DNA of 64,000 nucleotides from an uncultured Alphaproteobacteria bacterium (GCA_963749755.1 CAVVOK010000010.1:101301-165300); one strand, 5' to 3'. Shown: positions 19,763-32,970, numbered from the stretch's first letter. Program-made: numbers and translations. Notes: generated by a model from the sequence alone, not told the origin.

Positions 19763-21274
19763 TTACGGCGCCAATTGAGCGAGCTGCCCGGCGGCGGACA
19801 GCGCCGCCTGGTAGTTGGCAACGAGCTGATCGACCGCCGCCGACGTGACGTTCATGATCGGCGCCGGGTAGAACCCAAAGAAAATCGCCAGCGCCACCAG
19901 CGGCGCGAAGATCGCCACCTCGCGGAACGACAGGTCGAGGATCGAGCGGAGCTTCTCCTTCTCGATCTCACCGAAGATCACCCGCCGATAGAGCCACAGC
20001 GCATAGGCCGCCGAGAGGATCATGCCGGTTGCCGCCAGGAAGGCGACCCACGTGTTCACGCGGAACGCGCCGGCAAGCGCCAGGAACTCGCCGATGAAGC
20101 CGGTGGTACCGGGCAGCCCGACGTTGGCGAGCGAAAACACCAGGAACACGAACGCGTAGAGCGGCATCCGGTTCACCAGCCCACCGTACGCGGCGATCTC
20201 GCGCGTGTGCATCCGGTCGTAGATCACGCCCACCGACAGGAACAGCGCGCCGGAGACGATGCCGTGCGACAGCATCTGGAAGATGCCGCCCTGCACGCCC
20301 TGCACGTTGGCGGCGAAGACGCCGATCGTCACGAAGCCCATGTGCGCCACGGAGGAATAGGCGATCAGCTTCTTGATGTCCTCCTGCATCAGCGCCACGA
20401 GCGAAGTGTAGACTACCGCGAACACCGACAGCGTGAAGATGAAGGGCGCGAGGTCGGCCGAGGCGAGCGGGAACATCGGCAGCGAGAAGCGCAGGAAGCC
20501 GTAGCCGCCCATCTTCAGGAGGATCGCGGCGAGGATCACCGAGCCCGCGGTCGGCGCCTCCACGTGCGCGTCCGGCAGCCACGTGTGCACCGGCCACATC
20601 GGCAGCTTCACCGCGAACGAAGCGAAGAACGCGATCCACAGCCACGTCTGCATCCCGGCGGGGAAGTTGTACTGGAGCAGCGTCGGAATGTCGGTCGTGC
20701 CCACCTGCCAGTACATCGCCATGATGGCGAGCAGCATCAGCACCGAGCCGGTAAGCGTGTAGAGGAAGAACTTGAAGCTCGCGTAGACGCGCCGCGGGCC
20801 ACCCCAGATGCCGATGATCAGGAACATCGGGATCAGGCCGCCCTCGAAGAACACGTAGAACAGCACCAAATCCAGCGCGCAGAAGACGCCGATCATCAGC
20901 GTCTCGAGCACCAGGAACGCCACCATGTAGGACTTGAAGTAGCGATTGACGGTGAGCTTGCTCGCCAGGATCGACAGGGGCATCAGGAACGTCGTCAGGA
21001 TGACGAACAGCATCGAGATGCCGTCCACGCCCATCTTGTAGGAGATGGTGCCGCCCAGCCAATTGGTCTGCTCGACAAGCTGGAAGTTCGGATCGCTCGG
21101 GTCGAAGTTCACCCAGATCAGTAGCGACAGGATGAAGGTGACCGCCGTGGTCCACAGCGCCACGTGGTACATGTTGCGCCGCGCGACCGCGTCGTCGCCG
21201 CGGATCACCATCACCAGCAGCGCGCCAACGGTCGGCAGGAACGTGACGGTCGAGAGGATCGGCCAGTCGAGCAT
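19763..21274 (-). CDS. nuoM: NADH-quinone oxidoreductase subunit M
   Basis: A 503-aa ORF with [28 protein letters not shown]. Confidence 0.94.
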   Translation of the reverse strand: MLDWPILSTVTFLPTVGALLVMVIRGDDAVARRNMYHVALWTTAVTFILSLLIWVNFDPSDPNFQLVEQTNWLGGTISYKMGVDGISMLFVILTTFLMPLSILASKLTVNRYFKSYMVAFLVLETLMIGVFCALDLVLFYVFFEGGLIPMFLIIGIWGGPRRVYASFKFFLYTLTGSVLMLLAIMAMYWQVGTTDIPTLLQYNFPAGMQTWLWIAFFASFAVKLPMWPVHTWLPDAHVEAPTAGSVILAAILLKMGGYGFLRFSLPMFPLASADLAPFIFTLSVFAVVYTSLVALMQEDIKKLIAYSSVAHMGFVTIGVFAANVQGVQGGIFQMLSHGIVSGALFLSVGVIYDRMHTREIAAYGGLVNRMPLYAFVFLVFSLANVGLPGTTGFIGEFLALAGAFRVNTWVAFLAATGMILSAAYALWLYRRVIFGEIEKEKLRSILDLSFREVAIFAPLVALAIFFGFYPAPIMNVTSAAVDQLVANYQAALSAAGQLAQLAP

Positions 21275-21283
21275 GGTGATCCC

Positions 21284-23318
21284 TCAGCCCCGGAACATGA
21301 GCCAGGTGACCAGCGCGGCGACGCCGATCAGCATGGCGAAAGCATAGTGGTAGAGGTACCCCGACTGCAGCCGCACGACCCGTGAGGTCACGTCGAGCAC
21401 CCGCGCCGATACGCCGTCCGGCCCGAACCCGTCGATCAACCAGCCGTCGCCGCGCTTCCATAGGAAGCGCCCGAGCCACTTCGCCGAACGGACGAACAGC
21501 ACGTCGTACAATTCGTCGAAGTACCATTTGTTGAGCAGGAACCGGTACAGCCAGTCGTTCCGCTGCGCGAGCAGCCGCGGCGTTTCCGGCGAGTAGAGGT
21601 AGAAATATGCCGCGATCGCCACGCCGATGATCATCATGGTCGTCGGAGCCAACACGACCCACAGCGGGGCGTGTCCCTCCTCGTGCCCGAGCACCAGTGC
21701 ACCGCGCCAGAAATCCTCCGCGCCGCCGCCGATGAATGTGCCGGCGAATATCAGGCCGGCGAGCAGAGAGCCGGCGCCGAGCACGTAGAGCGGGACCATC
21801 ATCACCGGCGGCAACTCGTGGATGTGCTTCACCACCTCCGCCGGTGCGCGCGTGCGCCCGTGGAACGTCATGAAGATCAGGCGCCACGAGTAGAACGCCG
21901 TCATCAGCGCCGCGATAACCGTCAGCCAGAATGCGTAGGCGGCGAGCGGGTTGGCACCGCCGAACGCGGCCTCGATGATCGCGTCCTTGGAGAAATAGCC
22001 GGCGGTCAGCGGGAAGCCGGTCAGCGCCAGCGTGCCGATCACCATCATCCAGTAGGTGACCGGAATGTGCTGCCTGAGGCCGCCCATCTTGCGCATGTCC
22101 TGCTCGTCGGACACGGCGTGGATCACAGAGCCCGCGCCGAGGAACAGGAGCGCCTTGAAGAAGGCGTGCGTGAACAGGTGGAACATGCCGACGCCGAACG
22201 CACCGACGCCCATCGCCACGAACATGTAGCCAAGCTGCGAGCACGTCGAATACGCGATGACGCGTTTGATGTCGTTTTGCGACGAGGCCGACGCTCGCCG
22301 CGAAAAACGCGGTCGTCGCACCGAAAAACGTCACCACCGTCAGCGCCGTCGGCGAGAGTTCGAACAGCGGCGAAAGCCGCGCGACCATGAATACGCCCGC
22401 GGTCACCATCGTCGCGGCGTGGATCAGCGCGGACACCGGCGTCGGGCCTTCCATGGCGTCCGGCAGCCACGTGTGGAGCAGGAACTGGGCCGACTTGCCC
22501 ATCGCGCCCATGAACAGAAGCAGGCAGACGACCGTCAACGCGTCCAGGTCCCACGACAGGAAATGCATCGTGGTGCCCTCGACCGCCGTGACGTTGGCGA
22601 AGATCGTTTCGTAGTCGATCGAGTTGAACAGAACGAACACGCCGAAGATGCCGAGCGCGAAACCGAAATCGCCGATGCGGTTGACGATGAACGCCTTGAT
22701 CGCGGCAGCGTTGGCCGAGGGTCGCGTGTACCAGAAGCCGATCAGCAGGTACGAGGCGAGGCCCACGCCCTCCCAGCCGAAATAGAGCTGCACGAGGTTG
22801 TCGGACGTGACCAGCGCCAGCATGGCGAAGGTGAACATCGATAGGTAGGCGAAGAACCGCGGCCGGAACGGGTCGTGCGCCATGTAGCCGATCGAGTAGA
22901 TGTGCACGAGCGACGAGACCGTAGTCACGACGACGAGCATCACCACCGTCAGCGTATCGACCCGGATCGCCCAGTCGACCTCGAGCGTTCCCGACGAGAA
23001 CCAGTTGAAAAGCGGCACGCGACCCGCCGGCTCGTCGCCGAACATGACAGTGACGAACGCGACCCACGACAGGATCGCCGACACCACCAGGAATCCCGAC
23101 GTGATGATTTCGGCCGGGCGCGAGCCCTCCACCGCTTCGTGGCCGTGCCCGTCATGCTCTTCGTCGTGCCCCCGGCGCGCATGTATCCGGCCATGATGGC
23201 CATCGTGACCGGCCGCATCCGCTTCCCCGCCGGGATACCGTCGCCGCGCGCCGACCAGCGAGATGAAGCCGGCGATGATCGCGCCGAGCAGGGGCAGAAG
23301 GACAATCGCCTGATACAT
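21284..23318 (-). CDS. nuoL: NADH-quinone oxidoreductase subunit L, one apparent 1-nt insertion near 22280
   Basis: The N-terminal half is the start of ORF 19968..23318 (..[33 protein letters not shown]). The rest is ORF 21284..22321 ([20 protein letters not shown]..). Removing one base at about 22280 joins them. Confidence 0.9.
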
Positions 23319-23324
23319 GCCGAT

Positions 23325-23633
23325 TCAGCCCTTCATCATGTTGATGTCCTCGACCGCGATCGACCCGCGATTGCGATAGAAGACGACGAGGATGGCGAGG
23401 CCGATGGAGGCCTCGGCCGCCGCCACCGTGAGCACCAGCAGCGCGAATACCTGGCCGACGAGGTCGCCGAGGTAATGCGAAAACGCCACGAGATTGATGT
23501 TCACCGCGAGCAGAATCAGCTCGACCGACATGAGGATGATGATGACGTTCTTGCGGTTGATGAAGATGCCGAAGATGCCGATCGTGAACAGGATCGCGGC
23601 GACCGTCAGATACTGCGAGAGGCCGATCGTCAT
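23325..23633 (-). CDS. nuoK: NADH-quinone oxidoreductase subunit K
   Basis: This is the C-terminal 102 aa of ORF 23325..23909 ([29 protein letters not shown]..). The ATG overlaps the nuoJ stop (ATGA). Confidence 0.93.
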   Translation of the reverse strand: MTIGLSQYLTVAAILFTIGIFGIFINRKNVIIILMSVELILLAVNINLVAFSHYLGDLVGQVFALLVLTVAAAEASIGLAILVVFYRNRGSIAVEDINMMKG

Positions 23634-24244
23634 CACATGCCCCTCCCGAACTCGACCTTGCGGACTTCGATCGCGGTAGCGGGCGTGCGCGCCACCTGCT
23701 CGGCGATCGACTGACGCTTGACGTAAGGCCGGTGGCGGAGCGTGAGGACGATCGCGCCGATCATCGCCACCAGCAGGACCAATCCGGCGGTCTGGAAGAA
23801 ATACACGTACCGCGTGTAAAGCAACTCGCCCAACGCCGCTGTGTTCGTCACGTCGCTCGGCGGGAACGGCGCCGCAACCGTCGCCGGCGCCTCGGGCGCG
23901 AACGCCCAACCGCCAAGCACGATCAGCAGCTCGGCGAGGAGCACCACGCCGATCAACCCGCCCACCGGCAGGTAGTTGAGGAAGCCCTGGCGCATCTCGA
24001 CGAAATCCACGTCGAGCATCATCACCACGAACAGGAACAATACCGCGACCGCGCCGACGTAGACGATGACCAGGATCATCGCCAAGAATTCCGCGCCGAG
24101 CATGACGAACAGGGCCGCGGTGTTGAAGAACGCCAGGATCAGGAACAGCACCGAGTGGACCGGATTGCGCGCGCCGATCACCATCACTGCAGCGCCAACA
24201 GTGACCGCCGAGAACAAATAGAAGAAGAGAGCCTGGAGGATCAC
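23633..24244 (-). CDS. nuoJ: NADH-quinone oxidoreductase subunit J
   Basis: A 203-aa hydrophobic ORF in the conserved operon position. Confidence 0.9.
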   Translation of the reverse strand: MILQALFFYLFSAVTVGAAVMVIGARNPVHSVLFLILAFFNTAALFVMLGAEFLAMILVIVYVGAVAVLFLFVVMMLDVDFVEMRQGFLNYLPVGGLIGVVLLAELLIVLGGWAFAPEAPATVAAPFPPSDVTNTAALGELLYTRYVYFFQTAGLVLLVAMIGAIVLTLRHRPYVKRQSIAEQVARTPATAIEVRKVEFGRGM

Positions 24245-24311
24245 AGTTCCACCGGTTACGAGAGGCGTGCGGCTTCTAGAACGTTCGCCGCGCGGCGTCC
24301 AGGACGGGATA

Positions 24312-24800
24312 TCATCGATACGGCGAGTCCATCTCGATGTTGCGCGCGATTTCGCGCTCCCACCGGTCGCCGTTGGCGAGCAGCTTGTCCTTGTTGAAGT
24401 ACAGTTCTTCGCGCGTTTCGGTCGCGAATTCGAAGTTCGGTCCTTCGACGATCGCGTCCACCGGGCACGCCTCTTGGCAGAAGCCGCAGTAGATGCATTT
24501 CACCATGTCGATGTCGTAGCGAGTGGTGCGCCGCGTGCCGTCGTTGCGGCTGGGCCCGGCCTCGATGGTGATCGCCTGCGCCGGGCAGATCGCCTCGCAG
24601 AGCTTGCACGCGATGCAGCGCTCCTCCCCGTTCGGATAGCGCCGGAGCGCATGCTCGCCGCGGAAGCGCGGGCTCACCGGTCCTTTTTCGAACGGGTAGT
24701 TGATCGTCGCCTTCTTGGCGAAGAAGTAGCGCATGGAAAGCCAAAACGCGCCGAAGAACTCGCCGAGAAACACAGCGCGGGCGGACTGGTCGAGACGCAT
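24312..24800 (-). CDS. nuoI: NADH-quinone oxidoreductase subunit I
   Basis: This is the C-terminal 162 aa of ORF 24312..25523. It has two 4Fe-4S motifs, [12 protein letters not shown] and [12 protein letters not shown]. Confidence 0.94.
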   Translation of the reverse strand: MRLDQSARAVFLGEFFGAFWLSMRYFFAKKATINYPFEKGPVSPRFRGEHALRRYPNGEERCIACKLCEAICPAQAITIEAGPSRNDGTRRTTRYDIDMVKCIYCGFCQEACPVDAIVEGPNFEFATETREELYFNKDKLLANGDRWEREIARNIEMDSPYR

Positions 24801-25843
24801 CAGGCCAACCCCGTAAGTTGGAGGACTGCCGCCACCAACGCGACCATGAACAGCGAGATCGGCAGGAACACCTTCCAGCCGAGCCGCATCAACTGGTCGT
24901 AGCGGTACCGCGGCACGAACGCCTTTACCATCGCGAACATGAAAAAGACGAAGCATACCTTGAGAACGAACCAGACGATGCCAGGCACCCACGTAAAGGG
25001 CGGCACCGCCAGCGGGGGCAGCCAGCCGCCCAGGAAAAGGATGGTCGCGAGCGCGCACATCAGCACGATCGCCACGTATTCGCCGAGGAAAAACAGCAGG
25101 AACGGCGTCGAGGAATATTCCACCGCGTAGCCCGCGACCAGTTCCGATTCCGCTTCGACCAGGTCGAACGGCGGCCGGTTGGTCTCCGCCAGCGCCGAGA
25201 CGAAGAAGATCACGAACATCGGCAGCAGCGGCAGCCAGTGCCAGTCGAGCAGGCTGTTCGGCAGCCCCATGCGCGTGCCGAGGCCGTCGGCCTGCGCCAG
25301 CACGATGTCGCTGAGGTTCAGCGAGCCGACCAGCAGCAGCACCGTCACGATGACGAAGCCGATCGATACTTCGTACGATACCATCTGCGCCGCCGAGCGC
25401 AGCGCGCTCAGGAACGGGTACTTCGAGTTCGACGCCCACCCGGCCATGATGATGCCGTAGACGCCGAGCGACGAGATCGCGAACAGGTAGAGAACACCGA
25501 CATTGATGTTGGCGATCACCCAACCCGCGTCAAAGGGAACAACCACCCACGCGGACAGCGCCAGCGTCGCGGTCACGAGCGGCGCCAGGATGAAGACGCC
25601 CTTGTTGGCGCCGGAGGGAATGATCGGCTCCTTGAACACGAACTTCAGGAGGTCGGCGAAGCTCTGTAGCAGTCCCCACGGCCCGACCACGTTCGGCCCG
25701 CGCCGCATCTGTACCGCAGCCCAAATCTTGCGGTCCGCGTAGAGGATGTACGCGATGAAAATGAGCAGCGTGACAAGCAGCAGCAGGCTCTCGCCGATGA
25801 TGATGGCGGCCGGAACGACGAAACCGTTGAAGAACTCGTCCAT
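24800..25843 (-). CDS. nuoH: NADH-quinone oxidoreductase subunit H
   Basis: This is 347 aa within ORF 24800..26557, starting [11 protein letters not shown]. It carries [18 protein letters not shown] and [20 protein letters not shown]. Confidence 0.94.
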   Translation of the reverse strand: MDEFFNGFVVPAAIIIGESLLLLVTLLIFIAYILYADRKIWAAVQMRRGPNVVGPWGLLQSFADLLKFVFKEPIIPSGANKGVFILAPLVTATLALSAWVVVPFDAGWVIANINVGVLYLFAISSLGVYGIIMAGWASNSKYPFLSALRSAAQMVSYEVSIGFVIVTVLLLVGSLNLSDIVLAQADGLGTRMGLPNSLLDWHWLPLLPMFVIFFVSALAETNRPPFDLVEAESELVAGYAVEYSSTPFLLFFLGEYVAIVLMCALATILFLGGWLPPLAVPPFTWVPGIVWFVLKVCFVFFMFAMVKAFVPRYRYDQLMRLGWKVFLPISLFMVALVAAVLQLTGLA

Positions 25844-25851
25844 GCCCCGTC

Positions 25852-27945
25852 CTATTCCGCCGCTGCCGGCAGCTTGCCCGCGGCCAGCGCCGAGCATTCC
25901 GCCATGATCGCGGATGCGCGCGCGACCGGGTTGGTCAGATAGAAGTCGCCGATCGCGTTGCGGAACGGCTGATTGAGCATCTTGCCACCGCCCTTGGCGA
26001 GCGCCTGGACCGCGTCGGACGAACCGGGCTCGATCTGGTCCAGCCGCATGAGGTGTGGATGCGCGGCGTAGAGTTTCACCCGCAGTTGCGCCAGCGAATC
26101 GAACGGCAGCGGCCGCTCCAGCACGCCGGAGAGCGCCCTCAGGATCGCCCAGTCCTCGCGCGCGTCGCCCGGCGGGAAATTCGCCCGCGCCGCCATCTGC
26201 ACGCGGCCCTCTGTGTTGACGTAGGTGGCGGATTTCTCGGTGTACGCGGCGCCGGGCAAGATGACGTCGGCGCGATGCGCGCCCGCGTCGCCATGGGTGC
26301 CGAGATAGACGACGAACGCCTTGCCGAGCGCGTCCGCGTTCATCTCGTCGGCGCCAAGCAGGAACAACACGTCGAGGTCGTTGGTCGCTGCCGCGGCCAC
26401 CATCCCCAGCGTATCGAGCCCACCGTCCGCCGGCACAAAGCCAACGTCGAGCCCGCCGACGCGAGCGGCGGCCGTGTGCAGCACGGCCAAGCCGTTCCAA
26501 CCCTCCGCGCGCTCGCCGTTGGCGGCGATCGCCGCGGCCGTCGTGAGCACCTCGCATCCGTCGGGACGGGCGAGCGCGCCCTGCCCGACCAGCACGATCG
26601 GCCGCTTGGCGGACGCGAGCACCTTCGCGAAGGCGTGCCCGCCGCTCGCGATCTTGCCGAGCGTATCCGGTCCCGCACCGAGATAGTCGTAGTCGTAAGT
26701 GAGATCGACGCTCTCGCCGACCACGCCCACGGGGAAACTGCCGAGCCGCCAGCGTTTGCGGATGCGCGCATTGAGCACCGCCGCCTCTTGACGCGGGTTG
26801 GCGCCCACGATCAGCAGCGCGTCGGCGTCATCGATTCCGGCGACGGTCGGGTTGAAAATGTAGCTCCCCCGGCCGAGCGCGGGATCGAGCTTGCTCCCCG
26901 CCTCGCGGCAGTCGAGATTCGCCACGCCCATACCGCTGAGCAGTTCCCGGAGCGCGAACATCTCTTCGACGCCGGCGAGGTCGCCGGCGATCGCGCCGAT
27001 CCGCTCCGGTTTGGTTGCCCCCACGCGCTCCGCGATCGCGGCGAACGCCTCGCCCCACGTGGCCGGCGCGAGCCGGCCGTTGCGGCGCACGTACGGACGG
27101 TCGAGGCGCTGCGCCCTCAGCCCGTCCCAGATGAAGCGCGTCTTGTCCGAGATCCACTCCTCGTTCACGCCCTCGTTGAGGCGAGGAAGGATGCGCATCA
27201 CTTCGCGATCGCGCGTGTCGACGCGGATCGCTGAGCCGAGCGCGTCCATCACGTCGATCGATTCTGTCTTGGTCAGCTCCCACGGCCGCGCCTGGAACGC
27301 GTACGGCTTCGAGGTCAGCGCCCCGACCGGGCAGAGGTCGATGACGTTGCCCTGGAGCTCCGACCCCATCGCGCGCTCGAGGTATGTCGTGATCTCCATG
27401 TCCTCGCCGCGGCCGATCGCACCGAGGTCCGGAACGCCGCCTACCTCGGCGGTGAACCGGATGCACCGCGTGCAATGGATGCAGCGGTTCATGATCGTCT
27501 TGACCAGTGGACCGATATATTTGTCCTCGACGGCGCGCTTGTTCTCGTGGAACCGGCTGCCATCGACGCCGTAGGCCATCGCCTGGTCCTGCAAGTCGCA
27601 CTCGCCACCCTGATCGCAGATCGGGCAATCGAGCGGGTGATTGATGAGCAGGAACTCCATCACCCCTTCGCGCGCTTTTTTCACCATCTTCGACTTGGTG
27701 AACAGTTCCGGGGGCGCGCCCTCCGGCCCCGGCCGCAAGTCGCGCACGCCCATCGCGCAACTCGCCTGCGGCTTGGGCGGCCCGCCCTTCACCTCGATCA
27801 AGCACATGCGACAGTTGCCCGCGATCGACAGCCGCTCGTGGAAACAGAAGCGCGGGATTTCGGCGCCCGCGGCCTCGCACGCCTGCAGCAGCGTGTAGTC
27901 CGCCGGAACGTCGATCTCTTTGCCGTCGACTTTGATAAGGGGCAT
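25852..27945 (-). CDS. nuoG: NADH-quinone oxidoreductase subunit G
   Basis: This is 697 aa starting [24 protein letters not shown], with 2Fe-2S/4Fe-4S cysteine clusters ([25 protein letters not shown]). Confidence 0.94.
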   Translation of the reverse strand: MPLIKVDGKEIDVPADYTLLQACEAAGAEIPRFCFHERLSIAGNCRMCLIEVKGGPPKPQASCAMGVRDLRPGPEGAPPELFTKSKMVKKAREGVMEFLLINHPLDCPICDQGGECDLQDQAMAYGVDGSRFHENKRAVEDKYIGPLVKTIMNRCIHCTRCIRFTAEVGGVPDLGAIGRGEDMEITTYLERAMGSELQGNVIDLCPVGALTSKPYAFQARPWELTKTESIDVMDALGSAIRVDTRDREVMRILPRLNEGVNEEWISDKTRFIWDGLRAQRLDRPYVRRNGRLAPATWGEAFAAIAERVGATKPERIGAIAGDLAGVEEMFALRELLSGMGVANLDCREAGSKLDPALGRGSYIFNPTVAGIDDADALLIVGANPRQEAAVLNARIRKRWRLGSFPVGVVGESVDLTYDYDYLGAGPDTLGKIASGGHAFAKVLASAKRPIVLVGQGALARPDGCEVLTTAAAIAANGERAEGWNGLAVLHTAAARVGGLDVGFVPADGGLDTLGMVAAAATNDLDVLFLLGADEMNADALGKAFVVYLGTHGDAGAHRADVILPGAAYTEKSATYVNTEGRVQMAARANFPPGDAREDWAILRALSGVLERPLPFDSLAQLRVKLYAAHPHLMRLDQIEPGSSDAVQALAKGGGKMLNQPFRNAIGDFYLTNPVARASAIMAECSALAAGKLPAAAE

Positions 27946-27949
27946 AGCG

Positions 27950-29254
27950 CTACTCCGCCGCTTCCATGACGGGCGCCCGACCGGATTTGCCCGCGTGGTA
28001 ATCGTCGATCCGCCGCTCGATCTCGCCACGGAAGTGACGGATGAGACCCTGGATCGGCCACGCCGCCGCGTCGCCGAGTGCGCAGATCGTGTGCCCCTCC
28101 ACCTGGTACGTCACGTCGAGCAGCAGGTCGATCTCGCGCTTTTCCGCGCGCCCGTCCGCCATCCGCTCAAGCACGCGCCACATCCAGCCGGTGCCCTCGC
28201 GGCATGGCGTGCATTGGCCGCAGCTCTCGTGCTTATAGAAGTACGCAAGCCGCGCGATCGCCCGCACGATGTCGGTGGATTTGTCCATCACGATGACGGC
28301 TGCGGTGCCGAGACCGGACTTCACGTCCTTGAGCGCGTCGAAATCCATAGGCAGGTCGTCGCACATGCCGGCCGGCAGGCAGGGCACCGACGCGCCGCCC
28401 GGAATGATGGCGAGCAGGTTATCCCAACCACCGCGCACGCCACCGGCGTGCCGCTCGATCAACTCACGCAGCGGAATGCTCATTTCCTCTTCCACCGTGC
28501 ACGGCTTCTCGACGTGCCCTGAGATGCAGAAGAGCTTGGTGCCGGTGTTGTTGGGCCGGCCGAACCCGGCGAACCACGCCGCGCCGCGCCTCAGGATTTC
28601 CGGCGCCACCGCAACCGATTCGACATTGGCGACCGTCGACGGGCAGCCGTACACGCCGACGCTCGCCGGAAACGGCGGCTTCAGCCGCGGCATGCCCTTC
28701 TTGCCTTCCAGGCTTTCCAGGAGGCCGGTTTCCTCGCCGCAGATGTAGGCGCCCGCACCGTGATGGACGACGATCTCGAAGTCCCAACCGTGCTTGTTGT
28801 TCTTGCCGATGAGACCCGCCTCGCGTGCCTGATCCACGGCCGCTTGCAGCCGCTCGCGTTCGCGGATGAACTCGCCGCGCACGTAGACGAAGGCCGTGTG
28901 GGCGCCCATGGCAAAGCCGGCCACCAGGCAACCCTCGACCAGCGTGTGCGGATCGTGCCGCATGATCTCACGATCCTTGCAGGTGCCCGGCTCCGACTCG
29001 TCGGCGTTGACCACGAGGTAGTGCGGACGGTCGCCGACTTCCTTCGGCATGAACGACCACTTGAGACCGGTCGGGAAGCCCGCGCCGCCCCGGCCGCGGA
29101 GACCGGACGCCTTGATCTGGTCGATGATCCAGTCGCGGCCCTTCTCCAACATCCCCTTGGTGCCGTCCCACTGGCCACGCGCCATGGCGCCCTTGAGGCC
29201 CCAGTCCTCGCGGCCATAGAGGTTCGTGAAGATGCGGTCCTTATCGGCAAGCAT
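27950..29254 (-). CDS. nuoF: NADH-quinone oxidoreductase subunit F
   Basis: A 434-aa ORF with [16 protein letters not shown] (FMN/NADH site) and [12 protein letters not shown]. Confidence 0.96.
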   Translation of the reverse strand: MLADKDRIFTNLYGREDWGLKGAMARGQWDGTKGMLEKGRDWIIDQIKASGLRGRGGAGFPTGLKWSFMPKEVGDRPHYLVVNADESEPGTCKDREIMRHDPHTLVEGCLVAGFAMGAHTAFVYVRGEFIRERERLQAAVDQAREAGLIGKNNKHGWDFEIVVHHGAGAYICGEETGLLESLEGKKGMPRLKPPFPASVGVYGCPSTVANVESVAVAPEILRRGAAWFAGFGRPNNTGTKLFCISGHVEKPCTVEEEMSIPLRELIERHAGGVRGGWDNLLAIIPGGASVPCLPAGMCDDLPMDFDALKDVKSGLGTAAVIVMDKSTDIVRAIARLAYFYKHESCGQCTPCREGTGWMWRVLERMADGRAEKREIDLLLDVTYQVEGHTICALGDAAAWPIQGLIRHFRGEIERRIDDYHAGKSGRAPVMEAAE

Positions 29255-29259
29255 TCGCG

Positions 29260-30018
29260 TCAGCCCTTCGACACCGGATCAGGCTTCTCGTCTTCCGGGT
29301 TCTTTTTGACCGGTGGCTTCGGCGCCGATGCTGCCCGATGGCTGGCGCTCTTGGTCGGCTTTTTGGCATTGTCGTCGGTGAGCGGCGGCTGGCCGTCGCG
29401 CGGCGGCTTGCCTCGTGATGCGCCGACCTCGGTCAGCGTCGTCGGTCCCCCGATCGGCGCGGAGAACTCGCGCTCGATCTGTGGTCCGGGCTTCACTGTG
29501 CGGCCCGCCGCGAGATCGTCGAGCAATTTCTCGAAACTTTCGGCGGTCAGGTCCTCGTAGGTGTCGGCGCCGATCTGCACCAGCGGCGCGTTAACGCACG
29601 CGCCGAGGCACTCGACCTCCTCCCACGAGAACGCACCGTCGGTCGAGACATGGTGTTGGTCGCCGATCCGCCGATGGCATACGTCCTTCAGGTCGTTGGC
29701 GCCGCGCAGCCAGCACGGCGTCGTGCCGCACACTTGGATGTGCGCCGTCCGCCCCACCGGCTCGAGCAGGAACATCGTGTAGAACGTCGCGACCTCGAGC
29801 ACACGGATCAGTGGCATGTCGAGCATGTCGGCGACGACGCGGATCGCAGGCTCGGTCAACCAGCCCTCGCGCTCCTGCGCCCGCCACAGCAGAGAGATCA
29901 CCGCCGACGCCTGTCGCCCGCGCGGATATTTCGCAATTTCCTTCTCCGCCCAGGCGCGGTCCTGCGGCGAAAACGCGAAGGACTGGGGCTGCTTCTCGGC
30001 GAGACGGCGGACGGCCAT
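29260..30018 (-). CDS. nuoE: NADH-quinone oxidoreductase subunit E
   Basis: A 252-aa ORF with a thioredoxin-like 2Fe-2S core ([20 protein letters not shown]) and a low-complexity Pro/Lys tail. Confidence 0.93.
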   Translation of the reverse strand: MAVRRLAEKQPQSFAFSPQDRAWAEKEIAKYPRGRQASAVISLLWRAQEREGWLTEPAIRVVADMLDMPLIRVLEVATFYTMFLLEPVGRTAHIQVCGTTPCWLRGANDLKDVCHRRIGDQHHVSTDGAFSWEEVECLGACVNAPLVQIGADTYEDLTAESFEKLLDDLAAGRTVKPGPQIEREFSAPIGGPTTLTEVGASRGKPPRDGQPPLTDDNAKKPTKSASHRAASAPKPPVKKNPEDEKPDPVSKG

Positions 30019-30059
30019 GGTCGACGTTCAGTCCTTCCTCGTCGGGAGCGTACACGGTT

Positions 30060-31250
30060 TCACCGGTCCACCTCACCGAACACGATATCGAGCGAGCCGA
30101 GGATCGCCGTCACGTCGGCCAGCATGTGGCCGCGGGTCATGTGGTCCATCGCCGAAAGGTGCGCGAATCCGGGCGCCTTGATCTTGCAGCGGTACGGCTT
30201 GTTGGTGCCGTCCGCAACGAGATAGACGCCGAACTCGCCCTTCGGCGCCTCCACCGCTGCGTACACTTCGCCTTCCGGCACGTGATAGCCTTCGGTGTAC
30301 AGCTTGAAATGGTGGATGAGCGCCTCCATCGAGCGCTTCATCTCCTCGCGCTTGGGCGGCACAACCTTCCCGTCGTCCGTGGAGACCGGCCCGCGGCCCG
30401 ATTGGGAACTGAGCAACTCGACGCACTGTTTCATGATGCGCGTCGATTGGCGCATCTCCTCCATGCGGATCAGATAGCGGTCGTAACAGTCGCCGTTCTT
30501 TCCGACCGGTATGTCGAACTCCATTTCGGGGTAGCACTCGTACGGCTGCGCCTTGCGCAGATCCCACGCCGCGCCGGACCCGCGCACCATCACGCCCGAG
30601 AATCCCCACTTCCACGCGTCGGCGAGGCTGATCACGCCGATATCGACGTTGCGCTGCTTGAAGATGCGGTTGCCCGTCAGCAGCTCGTCGATGTCGTCCA
30701 CCACCTTCAGGAAGGGGTCGCAGAACGCGCCGATATCGTCCACCAGCTTGTCGGGCAGGTCCTCGTGAACGCCGCCCGGCCGGAAATACGCCGCGTGCAT
30801 GCGGCTTCCCGAGGCGCGCTCGTAGAACACCATCAGCTTCTCGCGTTCCTCGAAACCCCACAGCGGCGGGGTGAGCGCGCCGACATCCAGCGCCTGCGTG
30901 GTGATATTCAGCAAGTGGTTGAGCAGGCGGCCGATTTCGCAATAGAGCACGCGAATGATCTGGCCGCGCCGCGGCACGGCAATACCCAGCATCTTCTCCA
31001 CGGCGAGCGCGAAGGCGTGCTCCTGATTCATCGGCGCGACGTAGTCGAGCCGGTCGAAATACGGGATCGCCTGCAGGTACGTCTTATGCTCGATCAGTTT
31101 TTCGGTGCCACGGTGGAGAAGCCCGATGTGCGGATCGACCCGCTCGATCACCTCGCCGTCGAGTTCCAGCACAAGGCGCAGCACGCCGTGCGCCGCTGGA
31201 TGCTGCGGCCCGAAATTCAGCGTAAACGTGCGGACGTCGATTTCGCTCAC
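30060..31250 (-). CDS. nuoD: NADH-quinone oxidoreductase subunit D
   Basis: This is 396 aa within ORF 30060..31784 and carries [14 protein letters not shown]. The GTG at 31250 overlaps the nuoC stop (GTGA). Confidence 0.94.
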   Translation of the reverse strand: MSEIDVRTFTLNFGPQHPAAHGVLRLVLELDGEVIERVDPHIGLLHRGTEKLIEHKTYLQAIPYFDRLDYVAPMNQEHAFALAVEKMLGIAVPRRGQIIRVLYCEIGRLLNHLLNITTQALDVGALTPPLWGFEEREKLMVFYERASGSRMHAAYFRPGGVHEDLPDKLVDDIGAFCDPFLKVVDDIDELLTGNRIFKQRNVDIGVISLADAWKWGFSGVMVRGSGAAWDLRKAQPYECYPEMEFDIPVGKNGDCYDRYLIRMEEMRQSTRIMKQCVELLSSQSGRGPVSTDDGKVVPPKREEMKRSMEALIHHFKLYTEGYHVPEGEVYAAVEAPKGEFGVYLVADGTNKPYRCKIKAPGFAHLSAMDHMTRGHMLADVTAILGSLDIVFGEVDR

Positions 31251-31849
31251 GGTTTCGCCTTCTCGTCGCCCGGCAGCGCGTATTCCGTCCCCTCCCACGG
31301 CGAGAGGAAATCGAAGTCGCGGAATTGCTGGGCAAGCCGCACCGGCTCGTACACCACGCGCTTGCGCTCGTCGTCGTAGCGCACTTCGACGAACCCGGTG
31401 AGCGGAAAGTCCTTCCGGAGCGGATGCCCCTCGAACCCATAGTCGGTGAGGATGCGCCTGAGGTCCGGGTGGCCCGTGAACAGGATGCCGTAGAGGTCGT
31501 AGGCCTCGCGCTCGAACCAGTCCGCGCCGGGAAACATCGAGGTGATGGAGGGCACGGGCGTGTCCTCGTCGGTCGTCACCTTGATGCGGATTCGCACGTT
31601 CTGCGTCGGGCTGAGCAGGTGATAGACGACGTCGAAGCGCTTCTCGCGCTGCGGCCAGTCCACCCCGCATACGTCCGTGAGGTTGACGAAGGCAAGACTC
31701 GGTTCGTCGCGCAGGAAGCGCATGAGGCCTACCAGCGCGGTAGCCGACACCGTCAGCGTCAATTCGCCGAACGCTATGTGCCACTCGCCCACCGCGTCGC
31801 CGCGCGCGGCCGCGATGGATTCGCCGAGATCCCTCAGTGTCTCGTCCAA
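31247..31849 (-). CDS. nuoC: NADH-quinone oxidoreductase subunit C
   Basis: This is the C-terminal 200 aa of ORF 31247..32011 (..[42 protein letters not shown]). The start is set at TTG 31849, 9 nt downstream of GAAGGGGA and 22 nt after the nuoB stop. Confidence 0.88.
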   Translation of the reverse strand: MDETLRDLGESIAAARGDAVGEWHIAFGELTLTVSATALVGLMRFLRDEPSLAFVNLTDVCGVDWPQREKRFDVVYHLLSPTQNVRIRIKVTTDEDTPVPSITSMFPGADWFEREAYDLYGILFTGHPDLRRILTDYGFEGHPLRKDFPLTGFVEVRYDDERKRVVYEPVRLAQQFRDFDFLSPWEGTEYALPGDEKAKP

Positions 31850-31871
31850 CGACCCCGATCCCCTTCGCCGT

Positions 31872-32429
31872 TCAGCGCTCGATCGTCCCGGTGCGCCGAA
31901 TCTTCTTCTGCAACAGCAGCACCCCGTAGAGCAGCGCCTCCGCCGTGGGTGGACAGCCGGGCACGTAGATATCGACTGGGACGACGCGGTCGCACCCCCG
32001 TACCACCGCATAAGAATAGTGATAGTAGCCGCCGCCGTTGGCGCACGAGCCCATCGAGATCACGTAGCGCGGCTCCGGCATCTGGTCGTAGACCTTGCGG
32101 AGCGCGGGCGCCATCTTGTTGGTCAGCGTGCCGGCGACGATCATCACGTCCGACTGGCGCGGGCTGGCGCGCGGCGCGAAGCCAAAGCGCTCCGCGTCGT
32201 AGCGCGGCATCGACATCTGCATCATTTCGACCGCGCAACACGCGAGGCCAAACGTCATCCAGTGCAGCGAGCCCGTACGCGCCCAATTGATCAGGTCGTC
32301 GGTCGCCGTGACGAGAAAGCCTTTGTCGGCCAGCTCGTTGTTGACTTCGAGAAAGAACGGGTCGTCGGCGCGTGCCAACGGCTGGCCGGACGCGTCGACG
32401 AGCGGCCGGGGCATGGGGGTCAATCCCAT
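31872..32429 (-). CDS. nuoB: NADH-quinone oxidoreductase subunit B
   Basis: It lies within ORF 31872..32648 and carries [20 protein letters not shown] and VPGCPP. The start is at MGLTPMP, preceded by AAGGGAG. An alternative Met is at 32414. Confidence 0.92.
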   Translation of the reverse strand: MGLTPMPRPLVDASGQPLARADDPFFLEVNNELADKGFLVTATDDLINWARTGSLHWMTFGLACCAVEMMQMSMPRYDAERFGFAPRASPRQSDVMIVAGTLTNKMAPALRKVYDQMPEPRYVISMGSCANGGGYYHYSYAVVRGCDRVVPVDIYVPGCPPTAEALLYGVLLLQKKIRRTGTIER

Positions 32430-32785
32430 TCCAGCGCTCCCTTGCGCCACTCGTAGATGAACCCGATCGTCAGCACGCCCAGGAACAGCATCATCGACCA
32501 GAAGCCGTACCAGCCGAGGTCGCCAAACGAGACCGCCCACGGGAACAGGAAGGCCACCTCGAGGTCGAAGATGATGAACAGGATCGCGATCAGGTAGAAA
32601 CGCACGTCGAACTTCATGCGCGCATCGTCGAAGGCGACAAACCCGCACTCGTACGCGGAGAGCTTCTCCACGTCGGGATTCTTGTACGCGACGATGAACG
32701 GCGCAATGAGAAGCGCGAGACCGATCAGCGCCGCCACGCCCATGAACACCACTACCGGAAGGTAGGTGCCCAGAAGGTCCTGCAT
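32420..32785 (-). CDS. nuoA: NADH-quinone oxidoreductase subunit A
   Basis: A 121-aa ORF, the first gene of the operon (..[22 protein letters not shown]). Confidence 0.93.
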   Translation of the reverse strand: MQDLLGTYLPVVVFMGVAALIGLALLIAPFIVAYKNPDVEKLSAYECGFVAFDDARMKFDVRFYLIAILFIIFDLEVAFLFPWAVSFGDLGWYGFWSMMLFLGVLTIGFIYEWRKGALEWD

Positions 32786-32970
32786 GCTATCCCCTACTCT
32801 TCATTCCCCCGGCGGTTCCTGCCACCTATTTGTTGCGGCGCACCGAGACGGCAAGCCCTGAGCGTGCTTGGGCTTACTGGGCGCCGCAGCCCGGCGAAAA
32901 CGGGAGGACCGGGTCGCAAGAACCGAGGCGGAGGCTTAGCCGAGGCGACCGCGACTGGCAAGCGCCAAAC

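Noticed and set aside
19968-23318. A 1116-aa ORF that could be read as a giant fused NuoL-like protein
   Set aside because: Only the first 350 or so residues are NuoL. The rest is out-of-frame read-through across the nuoL C-terminal half and nuoM (Arg/Gly/Ala-rich nonsense), kept open by the high GC content.
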